From assembly GCA_045837725.1 (NCBI GenBank), contig JBEWZL010000123.1:310001-374000 (forward strand): DNA of 64,000 nucleotides. Direction: 5' to 3'. Below, in pieces: positions 52,832 through 63,630 of the stretch. A model generated the notes under the pieces. That model ran no database searches and was not told where the DNA came from. It worked only from the letters and a program-made list of their open reading frames with translations. A program made the translations under genes and the position numbers. Every line of letters starts with the position of its first letter. The stretch's first letter is position 1. Origin of the DNA: Vermamoeba vermiformis (lineage: Eukaryota).

Positions 52832-54540
52832 TTAAAAACGATTATCATTAAGATAATGCATATATACGTATTCAGTTACGTACAATTTGTCAAATAAACC
52901 TTCGATTTGATGAGACTTAAGGACTTTCAGATCGGATGCGTCGTTGTTCCAGACCACTTGAGATAGCACTGACTGGTTCTGATGAGCTTCTTCCGCGCTC
53001 AAAACAAATGCAAAGGATTGGCTCTTGACTGCGACGATCGCTTGAGTAGCTGTTCCAATTTTCAGTGAACGGGTCAACGTCGGTTTTTTAACGTCCATCC
53101 ACATTTCTTCGTCATCACATGGAATTCTTATGCGAGCCTCTTCGATGCTATTTATAGTAAATGCTATTATCCCGCGGTGACCTGCGCCAATAAGAACGAC
53201 GTTCTCGTTCAAAAGTGCCACGGAATTGAATTCGCTCCAGGAACCTCCGGCGAGTAATTCCAGCGGCAAACCTCCAATGAAGTCTTTGTACGGATTGATT
53301 TCTAATATTGAGTGCAGGGGCCCTCGATTCACATCACCAACGATGACGCCAGTACCACTTCCACTTTGATGATGACATTCTGTAGTGACCACGAAAGTAT
53401 CTCCGAATTTGTCCGCGAATTTGCAGTGTTCGTTGGGTCCGCTAACCATTTCGGGTAAATCCAACTTGGAAATCAGCTAAATGCACAACATAAGCTCAAC
53501 TCTAGCAAGACAATAGTAAGAAAATACCTTTGGCGGATGATTCCGTAAGTCATAAGTAAAGGCGTATTTAGGCCATAGGACGTCGTCTATCGCGAGCAAA
53601 GTTTTTGACGGTGAACTGGAGTCGTAGGCAAACGCATCGACTACCAAAAAAAACCCGTAAAATAGAACTTAGTTAACTCTCACATAACAATCAATATTGT
53701 TATTGTTACGTACTTGTCTTGAGGAATCTTGCGTTTTCAGCGCGTCCCCAAGTCTGCTCTTGCCATTCATGAAACATGTGAAGTGACAACTTTGGCTCCA
53801 ACATGTCAACACAGCCTACACGACCGGGGAATCCCTAACATCAAATTGTATTAGCACTGTCGGGAACTACAAATGTACGAGTGTTTGGTGCGAATCATCG
53901 CATTGCTATATTTGGAAATCACTCAAAAAGAGACCGGTAAACACTTACCAAAAACACTCGTTCTTTGATGGCGATGATTGCAGTGGGTGGCAAAGCATTG
54001 TCCATAACGAATGAGCCGTGCAATGTGATGGCCTTGGTGTGCTCGTTCATGTCGTACAAAGCAAAGACTCGTTCGTTCTTTTCTTTCAAATACACCACGC
54101 ACAACATGTGACCACTCACTACAAGGACAAAGTAATTAGCTTATATGCGATAATATAATTTTAGAATTAATACTTACGTGCTACAAGGTAATCAGGAATG
54201 CTGATATCTTGCGAAGATCCGAATGGCTTGCCAGGAAACACGTCCAACGACAAAGATCCGATAGAAACCTAAATCAAGGCATTAATAATTAAAGGTACTG
54301 GCTAATTCGTTTAATTTTTACATTACATGGAGAAAATCTTTATTTTTATTTCGATCTTTATTTTTATTTTCCGGATTTATGTCTGTCACTTACCAAATCC
54401 TCTTTTATTCCTGCATGGAATATTTGTAATGTTACTTTTCCCTTAATTTCATTGTCTCGGTATTCATAATCACGCTCCTTCTTCATTTTCCATTCCGATC
54501 GTGCTACTGCAAGGAAATGACCGTGCAAATAATGATCCAT
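52832..54540 (-). CDS. hypothetical beta-rich (propeller-like) protein, multi-exon
   Basis: Exon 1 MDHYLHGHFLAVARSEWKMKK, several GT-AG introns and a long last exon (ORF 52832..53464). Confidence 0.6.
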
Positions 54541-54716
54541 TATAAAATATGCTTAAGATGTGTTGATTCAAACCGAATTCGATTCAATAAGTTAAGCCAG
54601 AAAATTGACAGAATTTGAGCGTAAGCAAGAAGCCTCCTAATTTCAAATATTACAGCGGTGCTAAAACCGAGATACAAATCAACTTACATTTAACATACTA
54701 TTAACTTATCGGTTAT

Positions 54717-55070
54717 TTATTGCATATTTATTATTAGGCCACTTCGTCCAAGTTGGTATTTTGACACTTGTTCCCACTTCTTAAGATCCAGTCGCTGTTG
54801 CTCGACGTGCGAACTGATTGTTTGAAACGCATCTGCACCAATAGGCAAGCGAAGCGGAGGATTATCTGATCGTAATATTTGATGGATGACGGCAGCTGCT
54901 TTCATTGGATCTCCAGGAGCGTGGTCTCGAATGAAGTCCATTCGTTGATTTATCTTCTCTACCACGGTCGCATCATTCAAATAAGCAGCGTGTCAGGTCA
55001 AAACGGATCGCAATGCTTGCCGTTCTATTGCGCGAGTAAGTTTGCCCTCGAAGAATTTTCTGAAGGCTAA
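54717..55070. pseudogene. short-chain dehydrogenase (SDR) relic in two oppositely oriented pieces
   Basis: Plus strand: GRIIQISSVSG...YCASKFALEEFSEG (catalytic S and YxxxK). Minus strand: APGDPMKAA...PPLRLPIGADA (SDR C-terminus). Confidence 0.75.
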
Positions 55071-55514
55071 TTTCATTTTTCGATCGTGCAATGGCACACT
55101 GCCTCTGAATTAATTTGCGTGCGAGAAATTTCCAGCTTATTCTGCCGCGCGCATATCAAAAGACTTGAAATCGTAAACTGGTTTAATATCGGCACGTCAG
55201 CTTTTCAAGTTCAAAATATTTTAAAGCAAAACAACGAAATTTCCAAGTAAAATTGCTTTTCGTCGGTACGAATTCCTTTAAAGAGTAATCAAACAAACAG
55301 AGACGATTGACAGGTTTACGAAAAGTCAAATAAAAACAGTAACTCTGATTTCCAAGACGTTTGTCTTATTTTGGCATGCCGATAGTTGACGAGATAAAAG
55401 CGCAACGAACTCGCTATAGTTTCATTCAATCAAGCTAACAACAACTAAAACAACAAGAGCTTCTCTAGTCATATCAATTAACCGAGCATCGAGCCTCACT
55501 CAACGACCTGTCAA

Positions 55515-56942
55515 ATGAGAATTCTTACTTCGATTTTAATTTCATCGTGCCTAATCGCACTCGTGTATGGATGTAAGTAGTGAAGTTACTTTGCGTTACC
55601 TTAATATTGACCAATGAGCTGTTAGGGTGTCAACCAGGCGAGTTCCAATGCCAAGCTGGTACGGGTATTGGTTGCCAGCAAAACGATTGTCTTTGTTTGC
55701 CGGGTTGGCGAACAACTTTCCCTCTCTCCAATAACTGCGAACCAAGTAAGTACTTTAATAAGACATTATGACATATTATATCGATAACTTACCAAATAAC
55801 TTGTGTAGTTTGTGGCGACAACATGATCGTTGGCAATGAAGAATGCGATGGTGGTGTTGGCTGCTGTAATTGCCAGTACGTTAATTAGATGAATACTATT
55901 TCAAAGGCGCTGTACTAACTTGTTGCCTAGATGCCGTCAAGGATTCGTGCCATCCAATCCTCCTTCACAGGACTGCGTGCCTTGTGAACAACCACCAGTG
56001 CCTGTCTGCCCTCCTGTCCAACCTCCCCAGAATGAACCCGAGAGCCAACCCCAAAGCGAACCCGAGAACCAACCGCAAAACGAACCCGAGAACCAACCGC
56101 AAAATGAACCCGAGAACCAGCCCCAAAATGAACCCGAGAACCAACCTCAAAATGAGCCCGAGAACCAACCCGAGAACCAACCACAAAATGAACCCGAGAA
56201 CCAACCCGAGAACCAACCCCAAAATGAACCCGAGAACCAACCTCAAAATGAACCCGAGAACCAACCTCAAAATGAACCTGAAGGCCAATGCTTGTTCCGC
56301 ACTTACACTCAAGGTGCGTACGGTGCTTCATGCCACGGCAACAATCCTGCCTGCTTCCTTGAGACCAACTTCGGAACATGCTTCCCTAACGGCGCGTTGG
56401 TTGGCAGAACCGGATGCTTAGGCTCAGCGTTATTCACCAGCGCATCTGCCATTGAAGCATTCTTGCCTGCTGGTGGTCAGCCTCGAGGCATTACGGGAAC
56501 TTGGACCAATCCTACCAATGCTCAAGTCCCGGGTGTTTTGGCTGGACAACTCTTGACCGCTCTTCTCAACGTTGGCTTCGACACCTGCGACTCCAGCTTT
56601 TCTTCGTGCACCGAGCACACTCAAGACTTGTGCTTCCTTGACGGCAATTGCGAAGGCTTCAGTGTTATTGAAGTCATCAGCGCTGCTCAGTACATTATCT
56701 CGGGTTGCACTACTACTGGCTGCAGCACCAGTCTGCCCGCTGATCTTTGCGGTTTGTCCTACTCGCAAATCAACTCTTGTTTGGACACCTTCAACAACGC
56801 GTTTGACGGAGGCAGAGCCTCTAGCTCGCATTTTGGTACATGCGACACTCTCGAGATCTCTGGCAAAGCTACTAGCGATGCTAGCACTTCTGCTTATTGC
56901 GCCAGCTTTATGCTTATTTCTGCCACCGTTGCGTTGTTCTAA
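55515..56942 (+). CDS. secreted Cys-rich mosaic protein: EGF-like, CGD..EECD repeat, QNEPEN stalk, Cys-rich domain, putative GPI signal
   Basis: Signal peptide, CLCLPGW, VCGDNMIVGNEECDGGVGC, repeat, FRTYTQGAYG domain and ATSDAS + hydrophobic tail. Confidence 0.8.
56031..56282 (+). repeat. coding minisatellite, 24-bp unit AACCAACCNCAAAATGAACCCGAG with 12-bp half units (NQPQNEPE)n
   Basis: About 10 tandem units are directly visible. Confidence 0.95.
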
Positions 56943-57189
56943 AGCAAGATCCGCCGCGTCGTCAACCTTTTTAAGGATATTTTTAGTTTTTAGTAGCTTC
57001 CGTTGCCTTTTTTCGTGGCAATATTTTGTATTAGCCTTGTATAGTTTAAATCAACAATTAAAAATTGAATTTTAAAAAATTTCAGAGTCGTAATAATTGG
57101 GTCTAAACCGGGCAAATGGTATCACCAGCTTAATACTATATTTTTGGGGTATAATCTTACATTACTCGGATTAATCAGATCTTCGATTC

Positions 57190-57340
57190 AGATCGGATCT
57201 TGATTTGCTCCACTATGCAAGATTTGAAACAATAATTTTCCTTTAATATCAAGGTCCCACGTGTCGTAGTCACCATTTTTCTTCGTCTACCATTCCGTTC
57301 GTGCTACTGCAACAAAAAGGCCGTGTAAATAATTTTCCGT
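57190..57340 (-). pseudogene. relic of exon 1 of a paralog of the 54540 gene
   Basis: Translates TENYLHGLFVAVARTEW*TKKNGDYDTWDLDIKGKLLFQILHSG versus MDHYLHGHFLAVARSEWKMKKERDYEYRDNEIKGKVTLQIFHAG. ATG has become ACG and there is an internal TAG. Confidence 0.75.
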
Positions 57341-57508
57341 TCTTGTTTTAGCTCTCTAAGTGGCCACAAACGGCCTCACGAACCACAAAATATATACAAA
57401 ATTGAAGGATCTTTCTAGCTCTGCTTATTTGCTCGGTTGACAAGGAAAGCTGACAGGAACGCTGCAGGAGAAAATTACTACCACGATAAGCTTGCAGCTA
57501 AATAATTA

Positions 57509-59338
57509 ATGGTATGTAAAACATTTTATTATAATTCAAAATTTAGTATTAATTGCAATTGATACTTATGTGGGTCGATTATCTTAATTATTTCTGATCT
57601 CTAATTTTTATTTATTTAGGAAACCTTGCAAACCGAAAACGAAGTCCTCGAAGCTCTTAAATCTAATAAGGAGTTTGCATTTACCCTACGGTCGTTGCGA
57701 TTAGACCCCATTCCGTCTTCTCCATTGGTCCGAAGATCCCTCATCCAAAATACAACCATTCGCAGCTTAAACATTACTTTTGAAGAGCGACAAGATTGGA
57801 AATTCGCTGCGGATATTATAAAAAATAAGAAGTTCCGAAAGTTGCACCTCGGGGTTGCTATAAAGAACCGGACAGATCCAGATTTCAAGTGCCTCTGCGA
57901 ATCGCTCAAAGAAAACATTAGCATAGAGAATCTACATATATTTAATGTGCTACAATCGGAAGAAGACGTTGAACAATTTTGCGATGGACTGGATTCGAAC
58001 ACATCTGTTCTAAAGTTGACATTATGTTCCATCGATGAAAATGCTTTCCATTACTTGGCAAGAAGATTTATGGACAATACGACAGTCAAACATTTAAGAG
58101 TATGGAATCGCGACATTGATCCAAAAGATATTGCGACCATCATTAAATACAACGCAACGGGAGTTTGACCTCGATCTCGTTCACCCTCGCAAATTTAGAT
58201 TCGACTGGCGAGTCATTAATAAGCGCATTAAGATTAAACAGCACGTTGAAGAAGATTTCATTGGCAGGCAGCAGAAGCGGAATTGTGTCCATTACGCAAG
58301 GTCTTAAACGAAATTTCAGCCTTCGCAAAATTACATTATCGGGATTTTGATATCGAAGATGAAAATTTAGTCAGAGAATTAATAGAACAAATGAAGAATA
58401 AGATCGAGCATCTGAGGATATTCTACAGTAATATCGGAAGAAATTTGGATCTGTTACGAGAGCTATTTTCAGTGACTTCATTTAAGACTTTGAAATTATT
58501 ATCGTGCGCTATTGCAACAGATCAAATAAGGGTTATCGCAGAGTCATTAAAGACGAACCAGAATTTGACGCATCTGGATCTAAGCTCGAATAACATTACT
58601 GCACAAGAGTTGCCTTATTTAGTAGAAGGACTCAAGGCCAACAAGACATTAATAAGACTTAATTTAACGGAGTCCGAGATGAATTCCGATGCAGCAGAAT
58701 ATTTGGCCGAAATTTTGAAGGCAAATACACCGTTGCAAGACCTCAACTTGGACAATAATTATTTCGATAGTGATGCTTTGAAAACGATTGGAGAGGCATT
58801 GAAAATGAACAGAACGCTGCTTAGACTACATATTGAACATGAAAATCTCGGCAATCCATTACCAGCGTTTATCGAGCCACTCAAAGTCAACAGGTCACTC
58901 GAGTACTTGCACCTCATGTTTGATCCAGCAGACGCTATTTCAGCTCTCAATTTCTGCGAGGTTATGAAACATAATACAAATTTGACGACTGTGATATTAA
59001 GAGAGATTCGAAATCAAACTTATTTCGCGATCGAGCCTGCACCACAACTCATCCAAGGGTTCAAAAACATTTTTCAGCATAATAGAGCCTTAACAAAGTT
59101 CAAAATTCAAAGTTGCTTAGGAAGGCATATTCAGCAGCGATTTAATGAATTTACAGATGAAAATAAGCGACTACAGATCGAGTTCATGAACGGCATGAAA
59201 ATTCTTATGCTTAACATTGTGCGCAGTTCTTATGCACGACAATTGCTTCCAATAGAAATATGGAGAATAATATTATCGCAACTTGACTACCCAGGCATTA
59301 AATCTCTGAGATCCATGGCCGAGTCAATTTGTAAATAA
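57509..59338 (+). CDS. RI-like LRR protein with C-terminal F-box-like motif (frameshifts ~58160, ~58300)
   Basis: ATG-only first exon (ATG|gtatgt..tttag|GAA), repeats LKTNQNLTHLDLSSNNI and LKANTPLQDLNLDNN, and tail LLPIEIWRIILSQL. Confidence 0.8.
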
Positions 59339-59496
59339 ACCGTTCATTATTTACGAGGCCTTTTGTGATTTTTATACCTTTGTTATCTTTAAATACCTCA
59401 ATTTTATCCTTAGAAGGTAAAGTTACGCAATAAAACTCCGGTCGTATTGACTTTGGATCTCGATCGACGAACTACTTTATCATTTAAACATTACAA

Positions 59497-60851
59497 TTAC
59501 AATTTTCTGATGGCGTTGTCTTTAAACAACTCGCTCATTATTGACCGATAGTCGTAGCTAAAAGGAGTTTGAACGAACGACAAGATCAGACACCAAACTT
59601 CTTTCGGGAACAGATCTAGTGCTTCCTTGCTTCGTGCGATGTTATATATTATTAGTATAAGATCTTCGTGCAGCTGTCTATGATATTTTCGATTTTTTTC
59701 TTGCAAACGAACGAAGAGTGCTGTAGATTTGGGGGACAAGTCTTTCCAAACATTATCAATGCTGGTCAAAGTCCAATTTTCATCATATAACGACTGCCAT
59801 AAGGTCTGAAAGTCTTCGGCCGAGTCATTGAATACTCCTCCTCGCAGACTTAAGCTCGTTAATGTCGTGCTGTCTTTCACTGCGGCAAAAAACTCTCGCA
59901 TTTGATTGAGTGGTGCCATGTAATCGATAAATAACTGAAGTTTTCTTAGTGTTTTTGTTAGCGGTGCAAATTTTGCCAGTTGAAAAGTCGCTGTTAGTGA
60001 CAGACATTTGATTCGTTTCAGCGAACTAATTGTACTTATCAATAAATTTTCATCAATAGTCCTTGCAACGCTAATGCTCAAATCAGTCAAACTAGTATTA
60101 ACTTCCAATGCGCGGCATAATTGCGCTGTGTCTATTTCTGGTAGATAAAAATTCAATTTTGTAAGTGACTTGTTGGTCTTGATAGCTTCTAGCATTGCGT
60201 TAAAAAATCTGTCATGATCGTCATTATAATTGGCAAAGCCTAACGAGGCGATATTCGGAAATTTGTTATGAGCCAGCCCATTAAATAACCAATCAATATT
60301 CCAATCAACGTCGCCCATTTCTGTTTCTTCATGGAAAATTTCAATGTTTGAAATTGTTCTATTTTCTTTGATTATTATTGATATTTCTTTGGCCAATTCG
60401 TCCGTAAGAAATTCCGCGCTGGGTTCGATCCAAAGTTTCTTCACTGAACTTTCAGGGTTGACCAATGCTTCACGTTCTAATGCCAAATTAAATGTATTCT
60501 CAATGAAGTACTCTTCTACATTAATTATTTTCTTGAACGGCTTTCGATAGGTGCGACCAGCGGCGATTGCGTGACAACATCCAACAATTAACTGTTCAAA
60601 CGGATCAGTAAGCAAAACACCGTTTAGGTCTAGAATGAAAATGTCTCATTATCGTATCAATATAGTAACGTAAGCTATTAAAGCGGCAGGACTGGAATCA
60701 TCCCATTCTTTTTCCCGGAATAATACAAAATTAAATTTAAATTTAATTGGCTTACCTTTCCATCATCCACACTAACGATCTCGGATAAAGCTTTATGCTT
60801 TGCTTGATTAAGGATCTCTTGCATAATGCTATAGTCTGCGAATGTAGTCAT
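59497..60851 (-). CDS. LRR protein paralog with C-terminal F-box-like motif
   Basis: IKTNKSLTKLNF, LEVNTSLTDLSI, ENWTLTSID and tail LFPKEVWCLILSFV. Short upstream exons. Confidence 0.75.
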
Positions 60852-60944
60852 GCAGTTGTAACTAAAATAGCGAGACTAAAAATAATAAAAATATTAATAA
60901 AACATTTGGTAGTAATTATATTAGTACTAACCAAATAATTGTCA

Positions 60945-61220
60945 TGCAATTCTACGACGCAGCTATTTTTCTCCTCGAGGAGAAAAATGGCTGGCAGATC
61001 CACACGACGGTTTTGTCCGACTTCAAAATCGCCGGTATAAGGGTTCTCAGCATAACAAGTGACATATTTATACCTACGCGTACATTAATATCATATCGGT
61101 CTATTTATAGGCCATAACTACGTACTCGATCGGGAACAACTTTCTCGGCACGTAAACGTCTATTTCCCAACTAGGATACGTGTATTTCATTGTAACTGCC
61201 CGTTGCATGGTCCCAACTAA
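60945..61220 (+). CDS. possible small two-exon hypothetical protein
   Basis: MQFYDAAIFLLEEKNGWQ..IAG|HNYVLDRE..HCNCPLHGPN* with an in-frame GT-AG intron. No homology recognised. Confidence 0.25.
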
Positions 61221-61672
61221 GTCAGTATAATACTATCGTTAGTAGTTATTTTACGGGCATGTTATATTTAGTCATTACTCTCCAAGTTGTGGACAACTAC
61301 CACTGACAGCGATCCGATAGCTCGGATGTGTTGTGCCTGCACTCACGTTGAATCGAAGCAATACTGTATCATTAGGCGGCACTATAAGTTAATTATAAGT
61401 AAGCTATTTGACTGCCAGGCATATCAGCGAATTACCCTGAAGAGAAGTCTTTGTTTCGGGAACACGTCCGAACATCCGATCCAACGTAAATATTCCTGCC
61501 GGCAGCTGTGCATGACGCGGTAAATTGTCCTGTAAACAATTAATTAAAGAACAATGGAAGAATATATATGCCACCTTTAAAAATTTGATTGGGTGACAGA
61601 TCCGGAAACTTTCTTAGTTTTTGATTTAAATTATTAATACCAAAAATAACCAAATTAATAATAATAATATAA

Positions 61673-62008
61673 CTACCATACCCTATATTGATCTTGTATT
61701 TGAACAAATTCTGAGTCTAATTGTTGGATCACTCGATTTTCTCCGTGCTCCCAATTTATCTGACCATCATTGCTTGTAATATTGACGTACTTATATTCTA
61801 TAATGTTATTTAGATTTTTAGGGATTTTTATCTCTGCTTCTAACCGTTCGTGTGAAAATAACTTCATTTTGAGACCGTTTCTTGGCTCCCAGTTCCCGAG
61901 CTTGTCGATATTGCCAACTACGTATACTTCATGAGGCTGTAGAAATATATGATGCTGTGTAATTTGTACAATGAAGCGAACAATGTTGTGTTCAGATGCG
62001 ATCTCCAT
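61673..62008 (-). CDS. stand-alone CBM20 (starch/glycogen-binding) protein
   Basis: VYVVGNIDKLGNWEP..GLKM, IEYKYV and INWEHGENRVI. Confidence 0.85.
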   Translation of the reverse strand: MEIASEHNIVRFIVQITQHHIFLQPHEVYVVGNIDKLGNWEPRNGLKMKLFSHERLEAEIKIPKNLNNIIEYKYVNITSNDGQINWEHGENRVIQQLDSEFVQIQDQYRVW

Positions 62009-62332
62009 CTTGCTTTGCACAAATGTAGAATTCCGGTGCAATCCAGCTGGTACTCAATAGTGCATAATTTATAAACCAATAATGGATTTGTGCTGTACTC
62101 TACGAGTTCCGTGAAAATAAGTGGTCTAAAAGGAAAAAAAATCCGAGCTTTGCCAATACATGGATATTCCAGCCACGAAATTTCCCACGTTACCCTGGTT
62201 GATCACGCGCGTGGATCCACCGATCTGTCTTTGTTTGCTATTGGTAAACCCTGTACCGTAACTTCCTTGGTGTACTCAGTGTACCGTAGGACAACAAGCA
62301 GCGTTGCTAAATTGTGTTATTATGCGCATTTA

Positions 62333-63297
62333 TTAATTAATATCGTTAGTCTCTTTCGATAAATACATTTTTGCAGCTTGAAAGTCAAATAAAACGCGGT
62401 GATGATGTTCGAACAAATCGTAACCAATAATGGCCGTAGCTTTGCCCGTTATTGCTGATTCCTAACATCATCTGCTCGAGCGTTTGTGGCAAATTTCCAA
62501 ATTTGGTAACAAAAGAATCGCCTATAGTCACTGGAATGGCGTACAGATCCGTCGACCAAGATCCAAAAGACGGATAAAAATCATTGCCTTGGCCTACTAC
62601 GTCATATGCGCTGGTTATAGAACGTGGATAATATGATATTTTAGCGCCAGTATCAATTAGAGCAGTGGCTGGTGAGTCGTCAATTTCAACTGAAATGGAT
62701 GGGACCGTATCTACAGATGCGAGTTAGAACTTGATCACAATATGAAATTTCGTGCATTTCTTACTAGGAGTATGCATATTAATCACGAATTCGTCGCCTT
62801 TAAGCGCAGCACTAGAGTTGTCTCGCTTGTGCAGTTTGAATTTCTTTTGCTGCAACGAGATCTCGACTAGAAATTCCTTCATGACTGAAATTCCTAATAA
62901 GCAATCAAATGTATATCCTACTAGCTGCGATAACTTCTTTACTGGAACTCCACCGTAGCTGGATGTGACTGGGAAGGTCATTGATCCGATCTTCAACGGC
63001 TCATCAGCAATCGTTGCTGGACTTCCAGTATCAATTAATATGCGCCTACTATTTGGGAATAAGGCGATCATATGGTTGTCGTGTAGTTCTAGATCGAACT
63101 CAAAACTCTGTTCTGAATTTGCGTTCTATCCATCGAAGAAAATCAGAAAAAATGCTATTATATTTTACGTGGTATTTTAGTGCTCAAATTTACAACTAGT
63201 TTTAAAGTAGAAATGATCTGATTTAAAATAAAAAAAGCACCAGTTCGCCTTCAAGACTAAATTTCATTTGTAAGGGCATTTGCGATCTTACCTCCAT
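62333..63297 (-). CDS. two-domain retropepsin-like aspartyl protease
   Basis: Two catalytic motifs, ILIDTGSP and ALIDTGAK, each followed by a hydrophobic-G motif (CLLGISVM, AIIGYDLF). Exon 1 is ME|gtaag. Confidence 0.75.
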
Positions 63298-63630
63298 GTG
63301 TATTGATTTGTGTTTGTAATCTTGAGTAATATATTAAAGATCGCGATTTTTATTCAACGTAACAAGACCGGTGTTAACAAAATTTTGACCGAGAATTCGT
63401 TAAAAACGTCTTGGTGACGATTGTAAGATTCAGGGACATTCGTTCGAGCATATTTTTAATACACATATTTTCTCATAACTATACGAACGTAAATAAGGCT
63501 TAGACGCATCAACTGGAGATCAGATTCGGACACAAAATCGAAAATCTATTTACAACTAAACAAAAATACAACGGCAAAGAAAAAATTACTCGCTAAGCTA
63601 AGTTATAAGAAACTCCTTCTATTAGCCCTC

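Noticed and set aside
55927-56421. Alternative-frame and antisense repetitive ORFs, and a CRISPR-like look of the repeat
   Set aside because: They are shadows of the coding minisatellite. There are no unique spacers and no cas genes.
62724-63071. Retropepsin as part of an LTR retrotransposon
   Set aside because: No gag, RT, integrase or LTRs nearby, and the gene has spliceosomal introns.
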